DNA of 64,000 nucleotides from the human T2T-CHM13v2.0 reference genome, Homo sapiens: assembly GCF_009914755.1 (NCBI RefSeq), contig NC_060928.1; one strand, 5' to 3'. Every line of letters starts with the position of its first letter. The first letter of the stretch is position 1. A model generated the notes under the pieces. It worked only from the letters and a program-made list of their open reading frames with translations, did not search any database and was not told where the DNA came from. This document shows, one piece after another, positions 44,487 through 60,109 of this stretch. Made by a program: the position numbers and the translations under genes.

Positions 44487-47400
44487 GCTGAGGTGTGCAG
44501 GGTGAGTAGAAGCCATGCAGCTCAGGGATTGGAACAGGAAAAAGACTGAAAGAAAGCCAGAGTAGACACTGCCCTCTCATTTAGGAGTCGACTGCAGAAA
44601 TCCAGGTGACAAATTTGGGGTCAAGTGCTGGTGGTGGAGATGAAGACAAGAGAATCACTATGATGGGAGGGCTAAGCAATGGATATGACATGAATATACT
44701 TAGGGATATCATCATTTACATCATTCAACCACAACGTATTTTGTGTTAGGTTTTATGCTAGCTCCTGCGGATACGAAGATGAGTAGGATATGCTTTCTGC
44801 TGTGAGAGTCCAACCTAATGTTTTAAATAAATATCACCTCATTGGTATTTAGGAAAAATAGCTTAAACATTTCCTTTTAAGTTTTGTTGTGATTATCTCT
44901 GATGGTATGGCATGAGATGCTTTTACATTTCATTCAGTCATGAAAAAGGATAACCCTATGATAAAGGATTAACCTGATTCTACAGATGAGGCATATGAGG
45001 CTCAGAGTGACTTTAAGTAAATTTGCCCAAGATCACATGTCTAGTAAGGGGCTAAACCAGGGTTTGATTTTTCTTTAAAACTCCAAAGCCTACCCTCTTA
45101 ACCATGCCATAGCTCCTCTCAGCCATAAAAGATTCAGTAGGATCTTTATTGCTTTTTTAGCATACAACGGTAAGAACACCATAATGCTCAGTATATAGTA
45201 GTGGTTATTTATTAAATAGAAAAGTGCAATCTTGGATTTTTGGCTGTGTCTACCACCATTTTTAGTTTTGTTCGGTTGAGTCAATTCTCTTATATCTATT
45301 CTGATAATTCTCTTCTAACAGCTTCTATGGCCATGTTTGGATTGCACAAAAGAGTGCAGCCTGATAATATAATACAAATGCATCAGTAATGGTTAGGCAA
45401 TTATTAACATCACTTGGCAGCAATATTCAATAAGTTATACCCCACACATAAAAAGCCTGGCATTTAAAGGTATTATTTTTGATACCTTGATAGAAAGAGG
45501 CATTAAAAATTGGAATAGGTCTTTGTGGTTAGTATCAGGAATCTGGTTCTATGGACACTGGATTTTAAAATCAATATGGAAGGAATACATTCTTTGAGGC
45601 TGTTGGTAAATTTCTAAATAATTTACTATGGCTTCATTTTCTGGGACTTTGATCTGAAAAAAAAAACATAATTATAACCTTTTGTAAACATGAAGAGTCT
45701 TTTGCATTTTAGAGGGATCCATAGTAAATTTCATTAAAACATGGTAGGTTGTCACAAACCTCTGGCAAGATCATTACTGTAGCAGATGATCCCATGTCTC
45801 CTAGGCATTTATGCCAAAGATTTAAAGCTATTTAAATGTTTCTGCTACTGGCTTGAAATGATTAGTTTTCACAAGGCAGCATTTAAAAATAATTTAATAA
45901 CTGCATACTGCATTCTTTACAGTGCAGTAAACATGGAAAAAGTTACTAATGAGAGCTAAAGAAATATTTAATGGGCATTCAAAATAAAATATTTAAACCT
46001 CAGATAATCATACCAAAAAACAAACCAAAAAACACTACTTCAGTAGTTATTGCCATAATGGACTGTTACTGTGTCATATAGCATTCCTCTTTGTTACAGT
46101 ATAAAGTTTATAGAGAACACACTTGAATGCATGTCTGCCTGTGACAACTGATCCTCATTTTGAGAAAACCTAGCCATAGAAGATCCCAGCATCTGCTAGT
46201 CATGGATGTACTATATTATTTTTCTGAGTCGTGATCCACTGTCTTGTCAGCATAAAATTGTGCAACAGTATAAGCAAATTGCATAAAACTCTGCTGGAGA
46301 TTGTGGAAACTTATGGTAAGAAACAATATTGGAATATAAATGAACATATCTGGTTAATGAGCTTTGAAGAGTCAATCCTTTGATTTTAATTGTTGGGTGG
46401 ATACAATATTTTAGTGAAATCATATTTAATCTGCATGTGTTTTCAATCTCACAAAACAGGATATGAAACAGTTTATAAGCATTCATTTTATTTGAAACAT
46501 GGTCTGATTATTTCCATCACTCCTTAAAATTTGATACATGTATTTAATATGCCAGCTATTTATCGTTATATATGCTTCACAGTGTCAGGAACTGAGGAGA
46601 CATTTAATAAAAGTTGAATGGATGGAGAAGAACAAGGTTTTGAATAGTGCAAAGTGATTAAAGATTTAGAAATAAATTCCATTTGGACTCTTTCATTATG
46701 AGAATGTGTATATTTTGTTGTGCATGTTATATGGAAATTCCTACTACCAGAATATAAACCAGGTAGTAAATTTTCCTTCTTCAAAGTGGGGGAAAAAAAT
46801 CGTGGCTCATTTTATTGCCATTATTTAAAGAAATGAGCTAATCTACAGAGATTCATTTTCCAGCAAAATGAGGCTCATTTCTTTAAGCATCTGAAGGGGA
46901 TTTCTAAATAATTTAGAGAACATGCATTATATACTTCCTTACCTTCTTAAATGGATACTAATAATGATTTCTCCTTAATGACTCAAGATCATCATTATTG
47001 GTATCCAGAATCCTATGGAATCATGAAACAAGGGATAACAAAGAACAGAAACATTCTTACAAAGGAGGAAAAAGGGGAGGTGATTTTCCATGGCCATTGT
47101 AGCTTTTTATCCAAGATGAACATATTCGGCATGCTGCAGAGAAGAGAGCATCTGATCATCTTGATTTTGAATTCCCATTTTTTTGTTACTTCCTCGTCTG
47201 GAGATGCTTATTGTTGCATCTTAGCTTATTTGGTCAGGATTAAATTAAGCAGCATGTAAAATTCTTAGCTTAGTACCTAGCAAAATAAACATCCTGGGAA
47301 TTGTTCCTTTTTCTTCTGGATCAGAGCTTTCTCACCAGACCCATTTATCTGAGGAACACCCTATTTTTATGAAGGGTTTGTAATCATTTGGTGCCTTCAG

Positions 47401-47586
47401 ATAAGGTACAAAGTCTTTAGTCTGAGTAAGTGCTTGAAGGTCCTGCACTTAGAAAATTGTAGAATATGTTTTTGATGAATGGGCCTGAGGACCTCTATTT
47501 TGTTGTTTAGAAATCACTTTAAAATTATATTCTTTGATGACTTCGATTGGTATTTAAGAGATCTCTGATTAAAAAGTGTTGTTGTA

Positions 47587-48008
<422 letters not shown>

Positions 48009-48751
48009 CTATGGAAAAGTCTTATTCTGCTCTAAAAAGTTTGTCTTTCTTGTCCATCCATGGATAGGCAGGATAAATGGTAATCAGCACAATAAATCAT
48101 GTGCTGTCTCTGAAAATACATGTTGTTTTGAAGATTTCATATTATTAAGCCACTTGAAAATGGGAAGGTGAACCCTTCTCAATCATACCTAAACTTGTGT
48201 CAAAGGAGATTTTCGTCTTTATTTCAGAAAAAACTAAAAAGGATGAAATGTTCAAATAATACAGTAATGGATTATAAGGGTCAACATGGGAAAGTCAAGT
48301 GTATATTGGACAATTACGTATAGTCATAGCAAAGATAACAGGCTTATGGAAATTAGTTTTTGAATTTGGGCAGCAAAAGCTTGTAGAGAGCAGTGATAAC
48401 CCTAGATTCTATGGTAGGACAAGTGAATATCTTATAAATCTTAGGTTTATTGCAAAAACCTTGCCCAGTTTGTACACAATAGCTCTTAAAACAAGTAGAA
48501 CAAACCATTACCAGTATACCAGAATTTTACCTTAAGATGGATTTTTAAAAGAACAGTGAAAGATATATCCAGGTGCTTGCAATGGCCAATTGTAAGTTGA
48601 AAATTTTATTTTATCCCAAGTATATTATCCAGAGCTGATTATTTTAGAAATGATAGAGTACCAGGAATCCGCTGACTTGGGTAAACCATCTGCATGATAG
48701 ACAACTGAATAAAAAAATCTTGATGTGTCATTTCAAAACCAAAATTAAGCA

Positions 48752-49049
48752 CAGTAGTACCACCTGTCCACAGAAGGTGCATTTAAAGACACCCAGCGAA
48801 TGCCAGAAACCATGCATAGTATCGAACCCTATATATGCTATCTTTTTTCCTATACATACAACCTATGTTAGTTTAATTTATAAATTAGGTACAGTAGGAG
48901 ATTAATAGCAATAACTAATAATAGAACAGTTATGACATACTGTAATAAAAGTTAATGTGGTATCTCTCTCTCTCAAAATATCTTATGGTACTGTACCGTG
49001 AGTAACTGAAACTACAGAAAGTGAAACCTTGGATAGGGGAGAACTACTG
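48752..49049. mobile_element. MER44-type Tigger-derived element
   Basis: CAGTAGTACC...GAACTACTG-TA inverted termini. Confidence 0.8.
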
Positions 49050-50390
49050 TATTGGATTAGATCTTTTTAGAGCAACAATTTAAATGCTAAGTAAACTTGT
49101 CAAATAAAAACCAGGCATTCTAGGACTGGTTGCTAAACACAGAGGAACTCCTCCCTAAACCTTCCCATATGGTTCATTTAATTTTATGGGAAATTCTGGT
49201 AAGTAGAGTATTTTACTTCCATTATAGCTTCTAGTAGTCATGAGGATTTGGTCCTCCTATGTTTAAATCTCACTCCATTGCAGGTAATTAGAAAATAAGA
49301 TATTGGGATGTTAATGAATTTTAAAAGGAGATTAAGTAGATGGTAGAGTAGAAGATTTTGCCAAGATATCTTGGGAAGAGTCAAGCAGGATGGGGATGGT
49401 GGGAGGGGAAGAAGTGAATGTATATTTTAAAGCCACACTTGGTTTTCAGAGCTAAAGGAGGAGGCATCTATTTAATCCCACAAATGTGCACTGAACCTCA
49501 GGCATTGTGTAAAGCCATCAAGGATATTAGCTAAACTTGTTACTGTCCCCAGAGAGCTTATAGACAGGGGAGAAATGCAAGTCACAGACAAGTAATAATT
49601 CAGTATAGTAAGTACTATGACAGTGGTTTAGAAAATACTATGCGAAATTTGGCAGGTAGAAAGCCTCAAGATTATCCTACTGTCCAGGTGGGGAAACCCT
49701 AGGCCCAGAGAGAATTACAGACTATATATGTGAGCAAGGAAGAGGTTTTACTAACATTGCATTTTAATACCCAAATACCATCGGGTATTAAAAAAGGAAT
49801 TCTTAAACATATTCAAGCCAAGGTCATATAGCATCTGTACCTAGAAGAGTTTCTGCTGCACTGAAGTCATTTGATATTTTTAGGTTAATGTTTTTCTATA
49901 AGTTAATATCTACCTTGAATTCCTTCACTTGCTCTTCTGTCAACATGTATGTTACAATATTAACATTCATCAGGCGATAAACATCTTTTTTCAACATTGG
50001 TAATTTCAGAGTTTTCATTTTTTAAAGATCATATTGTATGTTGTTTTTAATTGCAGAGAATAGGGTGAAACACCAGTAGAGCAAATAAGACGTGTATTAC
50101 ACCTTTAAGACTTTAGTTGGAGGTTCTCTTTGAAGCTCTGTCAGCTAGGACAACATATTTCAATTTCCATTGACAGCCATGTGAAGATATATAATGGTCT
50201 CATGCATTTTAAGTATATTGGGGGCTTTGTATTTTTGACTCCTTTTCCTTTCACAACAGAGTTTATTTACAAGGGAACGTATTACCTTTTTTCTTGTTAA
50301 TAAGTGGCGCAGTAAACATAAGGTTTGAAGAACTAGCCACCAAAACTTTGTTTTGCTAAATGGCCACATCATTTTCCACGGTTAGAACTT

Positions 50391-50699
<309 letters not shown>

Positions 50700-52244
50700 T
50701 AGAACTTGCTAAAATCTCTGATAGATGACAGTAGGTTTGCAGATATAGATGTCTGCTCCAGGATAACCTTTGATGCCTTGAGGCATAAATCCTGGAAATA
50801 ATAAAAACTTCTTTCAAAAAAACCTATCCCTCAGCATTGGTTATGAGGGACGTTTCAGCCGTTCTTTTCATAAACTGTACATGGAACTATATTCCCCACA
50901 GTGTAGGTTCTATAGAATCTTGAGGCAGGATCTTATAGGCTCATTTACCACATAGGAATTCCCTGGGGGAAAATCTCTGGTAGAAATCAGGATGGCTAGT
51001 TTTGAGTCTCTTCCTAATGAATATTATTAGGAGTCCTAAGCATTTTAATATTGGGGTAAAAAGAAGTTGAGGTTTCCATTAAGAACCCTTACTTTTGTCA
51101 GTTTTTTCCTGTTTGTTTTTTCAATTGATCTCACCTGAAATGTATGTCATATGGTGGTTTGAGGTTAAATGATACAAAAAATTTTACACATTATTTCTGT
51201 AAGTATTTTGGTTTGCCAGTTACAACAAAACTCAATGGGGCAGTGCTGCTGAATTAGATTTGGGCGTTTTGATAATGGGGCAGTTGTCTTCATGGAGTAG
51301 AAAACTTCCCCAGGAAATTGGCAAAGTTTTCAGAACTGATAGAGTAAAATCAGAAAATCTATCTACTACTCTTCCTCTTGTTCTCTGGGCCATGGCATAC
51401 AAGGGCCTTTGCTCTGTCATTCCTTTTGCCTGGATCATGGCTCACTTATTTAAAACTTGCCCAAATTTCAATTCCTTGATGAAATTATGACTGCTCCTTT
51501 AAAATTGCAACCCGTTGCACCCTCCCCCAATCTTGCTCTCTCCTTTTCATCTCCATTTCTTTTCCGAATGTTCTAACATACTGTGTTATTGTGTTTATTG
51601 CCTACTCTTTTTCTACTCTTTTTCCTTACTAGAACATAAACTCCACGAGGGCAGCTGGTTTTAGTTGTTTTATTTATGGATGCATCCCAAGCATCTAGAA
51701 CAAGGCCTGACACATAGTGGAAGGTCAGTAAACTTTTCTAAAATGAGTTTATCCAGGTAAACAGCCATTTTTAATGGGGAGGAGGATCATCTTTCCAGAT
51801 GTCACGTGCCACTTTTGTTGTAGACAAAGCCAGGTGAATAACATGAACTGTTACAGGTGTTGGCTTTTGGAGTTTTTAACTAAATGGTGTAAGTTCTTGT
51901 CAAAGCTGTTAACTTGGTGATGTGAGCAGACTTCACATGAGACATTTGGGACTCGTGTACTGTCTTATTAGGTGTTGTGACAGCACTGTCTATTTCAAGG
52001 TTACTTCTCTGTCTCTTTGCTAGTAGCCATTATAAAACCTGGTAAAGTCAGAACTAAGCAGAAGAAAGAAGGTCCAGGTAGGGAGAAGACAAGTAGTGAG
52101 TGCAGGCCAGTCAGATGGTTTCCCATCTTGGAAGAAGGGAAGAGAGCCAGTCAGGTGCACTGAGAAGCAGTGATATGGTAGCTGACATAGGATTTCATAA
52201 TTGGCCAATCGGACATTAGATAGATGTTGAGTTTCAGCTTTAAC

Positions 52245-52465
52245 TTTTTTTAATTTCTTATTTTTAATTACAGTAGGCTTTTGGGGGAACAAGTGGTGTT
52301 TGGTTACAAGGATAAGTTCTTTAGTGGTGATTTCTGAGATTTTGGTGCCCCCATCACCTGGGCAATGCACACTATACCCAATGTGTAGTCTTTTATCCCT
52401 CACGCCCCTCTGTCCCTCCCCGCAAGTCCCCAAAGTGTAATGTGTCATTCTTATGCCTTTACATC
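52245..52465 (-). mobile_element. L1PB-like 3' end
   Basis: TTTGGGGGAACAAGTGGTGTTTGGTTACA...AGTGGTGATTTCTGAGATTTTGGTG. Confidence 0.8.
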
Positions 52466-53183
52466 AGATGTAACTTATAAAACCTAAAGGGGTAAAGGAG
52501 ATTAAAGCACAGGAGTGGCAGTAGTAGCAAATTCTTTCCTACCGAAGAAGCAGGGAACGCTACTATATATGAGAGAGAGAGAAGGGTGTGTGTGTGTGTA
52601 AAATGGGATAATATTCATCACCTGGCCTCTGCTGGGAGCTCTAAGAAAAGCTAGAAAATTTCACAGGGTATGGCTAAAACAAGTTGCTAGTAAAGAATGT
52701 TGGAAAAAGATAAGAGATTGTTGACATTGGAGTGGTGGGGAAACAAGGCTCTCACCATTGACTTATAAATGTGGGTTTAAAATGTTAGTAAGAACTTAAA
52801 TCTGAGATCCTGAAAATGTACAACCTAATCTATATTGAGACAAAGATCTATATCTGCTTTGTATATCATCATCTTAAAAGTGTCCTGGCAAGTTTATAGG
52901 AACTTTTTACATACTAATTGGTTGTCATGGAAACCTACCTTAAAACCCACTATTGTAATCTATACTTGGCCTGAAGTGTATTTAAGTGACTTAAAGTCTC
53001 CTGTTAGGGAGAAAAGCATCAAGATTCTTGGTGTTTGTCAATTCAGGGCTCTAAAAGATTGACTTATATAAAAAGAAGGCAAATGTGTTTTTTCCTCACT
53101 GAGTACTCAAGCCTGCCTTCCCAGTGCTTGATAATTATTGATAGGTACTAGAGTTCATCCCAGAAAGGGCAACCAAAGACTGA

Positions 53184-53573
<390 letters not shown>

Positions 53574-55264
53574 TGCTGTCATTTTTAATTACTCCTGTGC
53601 ATTTAATTTATCTGTCATTCTAAGCCAGTGATTGATTCTCCAGTTCTTAAACAAAGGAGGGATATATAAAGCCAGTCGCCTGAACTTCAGGCAGTTGGAA
53701 AATTCTGGCATTGACTGTAGCTATTTCAACCTTGAATGGGTTTAGTGGAAGAATAGTGTCTGTCTCTTTTTTTTTTTTTTCTTTATCTCCCTGTTATCTC
53801 TCTTTGAGCTAAGTACTGTGATTGTATCTTAACAAAGACCAATTTAGTGAAATAAAGAATAGAGTGGACATGTCATCTTAAGCATTTAGAATGACAAATG
53901 TCTGTAAAATCAAAAGTTTGAGAATCACTGAACAATATCATTTCACTCTAAATTGAGGAAAAATTGTGACTTGTTTCTAGACTCTGTATCTAAAGCTGTT
54001 TTATAATTATATCTTGACATTTCCCCACTCCCACTGCCCACCAAGGTTTCATTCAGAATCTTCTGAGGATCCTTAGGCCCATTTGAGAAAAACACAAAAG
54101 AAGTTAGAGGTAAATGAGGATATTACCTTAGACTGAGTTAATGCGTAGATGTAATTCTGTGTACCCTATTTTATCTTATATAATAATTACGCATGTCTTA
54201 AGTTTTACATTTTTATTACATTTTGAGTTTAAATTAAATAATGTTTATAAAACATATATAAATAATAAAAAATAATGACATAAGAAACACCAGTATACAT
54301 AATGCTCAGTTTAAGAAAAAGGGCATTACTAAAATCTAAACCAAACGCCCTTTCTTTTCTTCTCCCACAGAAGAACCTACATTTTATATTTTTGTTTTCT
54401 GTTTAATTCATGTTTATAATTTCCTCGAATATCTTATAGGATTCTGCCTATATGTTGTCATTCTAACAATATATTGTTTGGTTTTGCAAGGCTGATGGGG
54501 GAAAGGGAATATGAGTTTATTTTTTCTTTATTCTTAACATTGTGCTTGGAATAGGACAGGTCTCAAATTAGATTCCCCTACTCAGGGGGCCGCAGGTTTT
54601 TATCTCTGATCTCCTGCACCCTCACAAGATGTGAAAATTGAAGCTCTCATTCCTTAGTTTATGTGAAAATTGAAGCTCTCATTCCTTAGTTTCAATCAAT
54701 GCCCTTAGGATAGATGCTGGCTTCACAGCTCTCCCTACTACCTCTCAGGGTTCTCTCCCGCTTTTAGTTTTTGACCTTTTATTATTTCATACTAGCTTAA
54801 AAGTTCATCGGTGAAGTTAAAAATATTTTGTTTTCATATTTTATCATCTGTCATTTGTAGCTGTTTTTATCTGACCACTCTTTCAGGGAACTTGGCTATA
54901 TACTTCTGGAAATGGAAGAACCTATATTCCAGTTTTTAGTTTTAGAACATTCGTGTTGTATTCCTATGCTTTCTTTTCATATGCACAGAGCTATATGGTC
55001 CTGGAAGAAACTTTATTTTGCTTGTCTACCAATTACTTTTTTTCACTTAATTTTTTTGGCCTCTCTCTCTTTAAATGACTGCATAGTGATTTGACAAAAT
55101 GTATGTAAACAGCCGATTACATTACATGACTTGTTGGAGATTATTCTTCTCATTGGAATGCACCTGGGCGTGAAGTAATATAAACACATTTAAGAATTAA
55201 ATAATGCTTTTGCTTAGAGTTTGTGTGTGTGTGTGCTTATGTGTGTACATGTATTTTCCACTAG

Positions 55265-55386
55265 GCTGCTGCACTGAATAATGATTCCAGCCAGAATGTC
55301 TTGAGCCTGTTTAATGGATATGTTTACAGTGGCGTGGAAACTTTGGGGAAGGAGCTCTTTATGTACTTTGGACCAAAAGCTTTACG
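55265..55386 (+). CDS. NEIL3: NEIL3 coding exon 2 (aa 53-93, includes conserved Lys81)
   Basis: Acceptor TTTTCCACTAG| and donor CG|GTAAGA. 122 nt, in frame with exon 1, translating to AAALNNDSSQNVLSLFNGYVYSGVETLGKELFMYFGPKAL(R). GKELF matches the Fpg/Nei GK motif. Not listed in the ORF track. Confidence 0.97.
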
Positions 55387-57756
55387 GTAAGATAAGCCTG
55401 TACGATACATCTTATCTCTCTATATTTAAAGATGCGTAGAAGGCTAGATGGAGTTTGCCGGGTGTCACATTTAATCATATAGGAAGTACTGTGTTTTTAA
55501 GAGAGCTCCAATATGAGAGGTTGTGATTCTATCATGGAAATCAATAAACAGCAGAAGAATAAATTCTGATGTCATCATCACTTGGAAGACAGTCATTTTA
55601 CAGGGCTTCCCAAGATGTATTAGAGCAACACATCTGTTTTGCTAGTCCCCAAGCTTCCTATACCACAAGTCTCTCCTTGTTTTTACCGAATGCTTATTGT
55701 ATTCAGTGACATCGGTTACTTTATATTTGTGACAGGCCCTAGTTTGGTTTAAATGTATCACTTGATCTTTAAATATTTTTCTGGCTTCCTGCTTTCTCTG
55801 AAGCCTTGAATGGAATTTGGAAATTTACTTAGAGAGTGTAAAAACTTTCCAGAGAAATAACAGGTTCTCCATTGTTTCACAGTTCCCATGGAAATTCATG
55901 GCTAATATACTGGCAGAGAAGGACTAGCAACCTATTTCCTTTGTTGACTTAATGATAAAAAAGTCAAAATATATGTAATTGTGATGCATGATCACATGTT
56001 TAATTTTTGCAGGAAAATGAAAGCGGCCTTTGAGTTAATATGTCTACCCAATCTCATTCTGTCTTTTCTGAGTTTAGCCTAAGCTTTTGCCAACTGTAAA
56101 AATTGATACTGCTTCCTCAAATCGTTTTTAGTGCTGTTTAAAGATACTGACCACAGTTATCACCTTTTTCTTAAAAGAAAAGACCTGTTCCTGGACCCCA
56201 TGCTAACCAAAGGTGAATAATTGTCACAAAGAGATGATACTATATGATTGTTCTTTATTGCATCTCATCTACCACATATTTAGAGTAATCCAGGGTTTAT
56301 GTAATTGCTTTTCCTTTGAGGTGTTCTCTTTTCATTGTCAGCAGCTGCTGTCCTTGGACAACATTGTCACTTCATGGTTTTGCTTAGTCTGGAATTGATA
56401 ACATCAGCATATGCCTAGTTGTTCATGCAGTAATGATATATTGCAGGTTACACTGCTGCTGTAGTAGACTGATGTGATGGAAAACTCATAGCTCTGGATA
56501 GAGTAGTACACAATGGGATCTATGCACGATAGTTGAAAACATTGATATGTTATTGATTCTCTGGTGTTAGGTACAGATTTATTTCTGTAAGATGAGAGGG
56601 GGTTTTTATCAAGTGCTCTCCACCAGACTGATAAGGGGGAAGTCATTTCTCAGCACACGGCTGTCAGTAAGTGTTCCATGAAGTTCTAAACAAGGACAAT
56701 CACTTCTTCAAACTCATTGAACTAGTGCCCTCCCTGGAGAGTACCTATGTCAGTATATGGGTGGGAAAAATGCAGTGGCTTGCTTCCTTTCAGTTTCCTG
56801 CAGCCATAACAACTATTGGACGTAACAATTCAAGGTCAATGGCAGATCTGCTGTTGGAATCTGAACCTAAAATCATTTGCCCCTCTTTTCACAATGTAAC
56901 AGAAGTTCAAAAAATGTACTTCCAACCTGTGCTTCTTAGAGGAATGGATAACTCTCTCAAAGAAATGTGATCTTTTTGTGAGGCTGCAGGTCTGTGCACC
57001 TGCAATAGAAATGTAGTCTTCATTTTTGACTTCTGCCTCCCACCCACCTGGCTCATCTGCATTTGATAGAGCATATAGCAGGAAACACTTTCAAAGGTTG
57101 CTCACAGTTTTCCCTTGATACCCAACTTTTCACAAGCAAAATTGCCCGCAGAGTTTAGTCATAAAGTGTGTGCATCTCATAGGTTGGGCCATGAATCTCC
57201 TGGGATTCATTGGTTGAATCTCCTGGGATTCATTTGTTAATGAAAGTAGAATACGAGCATAGCCTCTAAAAGAATCTGCCCTGTAAAAATCCACACATCA
57301 GAAAGATACAAATTAGAGAGTGATTACTTCTCTACCTACTAAGTGATATATTCAAGTGCTCCTGATAGTGCCAAGGAATACTAAAAATTATTTGATACAC
57401 ATTTATTTTAGGAGCACTATTGTGTTATGTGTGATTAATACCTGTACAACTTCTGAACACTTTCCACTAACTCTTCAACTAAAACAACACAAACGTCACT
57501 TGAAGTTTTTGCTACAAATGTAACAAGTACTCAGTAGAGAAAACTGAAAAATAATGAAAATAAGTGTAAAGTAATACATTCTCAATCCCACTACCAGGTG
57601 TAATCTTTATTAACTTTGGATGCATACAATGCCACATTGCCAGTATAGTGTGTGCGAATGTTTATATGCATGTTCACCCAGCTGCACTCACACTGAAGCT
57701 ATCATTTTAATCAAAATGGACATAGCTGTTGCATTTTGGACTAAAATTTAAAAAAC

Positions 57757-57800
<44 letters not shown>
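57757..57800. repeat. (AGAT)11 tetranucleotide STR
   Basis: Seen directly. Confidence 0.97.
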
Positions 57801-57802
<2 letters not shown>

Positions 57803-59716
57803 GTAAATATATTTTTCCAAGACCATTTTCTGTTTCCAGTTTGTGATTTACATGACTCTGGCTTTTGAAGTTATATGTGCTCAGAGACCAGAAACTATAT
57901 CTGAGATATTTTGGAGGCTTTGCCATTTTAGAAATGCCTTATACATGATTGATTTTATAATTTATTGGGGTTTAAGTATGAACCTCAAACCAGTTATGCA
58001 AGAGATAATATAATGATTCTTTTTAGTTTGCTGAAATGTCTTTATTGAATCCATCATATATTACTTATAAAAGAGTCTTACAGCTTCAACATAGTTTCTG
58101 TACTATCATATAACATGTTAGGAGAAATAGAAGTGTACTTTTACTCTGTATAATACTTTAAGATTCATTCATACTGTTTGAAGTATCAGTGGTACTTTCT
58201 TTTCTTTTACTAAGTAGTCTCCCATTGTATGAACATACCATATTTTGTTAATTCATTCATCAGATGATGGACATTTGGATTGTTTCAAGTTTTTAATATT
58301 GTGAATAAAATTGCTATGAATATTCACATACATATGACATATATATGTGGACATACATTTTCATTTCTCTTGGATAAATTACCAAATGACTTAGAAATTC
58401 TAAGTCATTTGGTAAGCATATGTTTGACTTTAAGAGGAATTGCCAAACTGTTCTTAAAAGTGGTGGTACCATTTTACATTCTCACCAGCAGAGTATGAGA
58501 ATTTCAGTTACTCAGCATCTTTGCCAGCACCTGGTATTGTCAGTTGTGTTAATTTCAGCTATTCTAATAGGTGTACAGTGTATCTCACTATGATCTTAAT
58601 TTTCTTCTCCCTACTAACTAATGATATCTGATGCAATATGCATATTTCCTGTTTGTGTATTTTATAGGGTGATGTGTCTATTAATGTTTTCCTTTTTTAT
58701 TGGATATATTTTTGTATTATTGAGTTATAGTATTCTGTATATATTCTAGATATCAGTCATTTATCAGATAACATGTTTTGCAAGTATTTTCTCCCAATCT
58801 ATGGCTTTTCTCTTCATTTTCTTAACCATATCTCTTCAAGATTAAAAACTTTTAAGTTTGATGAAACCTAATTTATCAAATTTTTTTTTCATGGTTCATT
58901 CATACTTTTTGTGACCAGTCTAAGAAACATCTGCCTAATGCAAATTAATCAACATTTCCTTGTTTGTTTTCTTCTGGAAGTTTTATTGAGTTAGCTCTTC
59001 TGTTTAGGATTATGATCTATTTTGAGTTCTTTTTTGTATATGGTACAAGGCAGGAGCTGAACTTTGTCTTTTTGCGTGTGTATTTTCCAGCACCATTGTT
59101 GACGAGATTATCCTTTCTCCACTGAATTTCTTTGCAACTTTGTTGAAAATTAGTTGACCATATATGTATGGGTCTATTTCTGAACTCTGCATTCAGAAGA
59201 ATATCAGATAAAGTGATATTCTTTTATCATTTTTTGTGTCTGTCCTTTCACCAATAATACACTGTCTTAATTAAAGTAGCTTTAAAGTCAGTTTAAATTA
59301 AGTAGTGTCAGTCGTCTGACTTTATTCTTTTTTTTTTTCAAAATTGTTTTTGTTGTTTTAGTTATCTTTCTACATTTTAGACTTAGCTTGTTGATTTCTA
59401 CAGAGTTCTTTCTGGCATTTTGATTGGCCTTGTGTTGGATCTATAGATCAATTAGGTGATAATTCACATGCTAACATTATTGTCTTCCACTCCATGAACA
59501 CAGTATATATTAATATGTATTTAGATCTTCCTTCATTTCTTTATCAGTATTTTGTAATTTTCAGCTTCAGACATATTTTATATTTGTAACTAAGTGGGTT
59601 TTTTTGGAGCTATTGTAAAGGGTACTTTTTTAAAATTTGAATTTCTAATTGTTCATTTGCAGTGTATGGAAATACAATTTTTGTGTGTATATTGACCTTG
59701 TATCCTGCAACCTTGC

Positions 59717-60109
59717 TGATATGATCTGGCTCTGTGTCCCCACCCAGATTTCATCTTGAATTGTAATTCCCATGTGTCGAGGTGTGGGGGGGCATGTAAT
59801 CCCCTTGTGTCAAGGGAAAGAGGCGACTGGATCATGGGGGCTGTTTCCCCCATGCTGTTCTTGTGATAGTGAGTGAGTTCTCACTAGATCTCTTGGTTTT
59901 ATAAGGGGCTCTTCCCCCTTCTCTTTCTCTTCTCTCTCCTGCTGCCATCTGAAGAAGGTCCTTGCTTCCTTTTCACCTTCCACCATGATTGTAAGTTTCC
60001 TGAGACCTCCCAAACCATGTGGAACTGCGAGTCAATTAAGCCTCTTTCCTTTATAAATTATCCAGTCTCAGGGAAGTTCTTTACAGCAGTGTAAAAACAG
60101 ACTAATACA
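59717..60109 (+). mobile_element. THE1-type MaLR solo LTR nested in L1
   Basis: TGATATGATCTGGCTCTGTGTCCCC...GACTAATACA with a perfect 5-bp TSD CTTGC. Confidence 0.9.
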
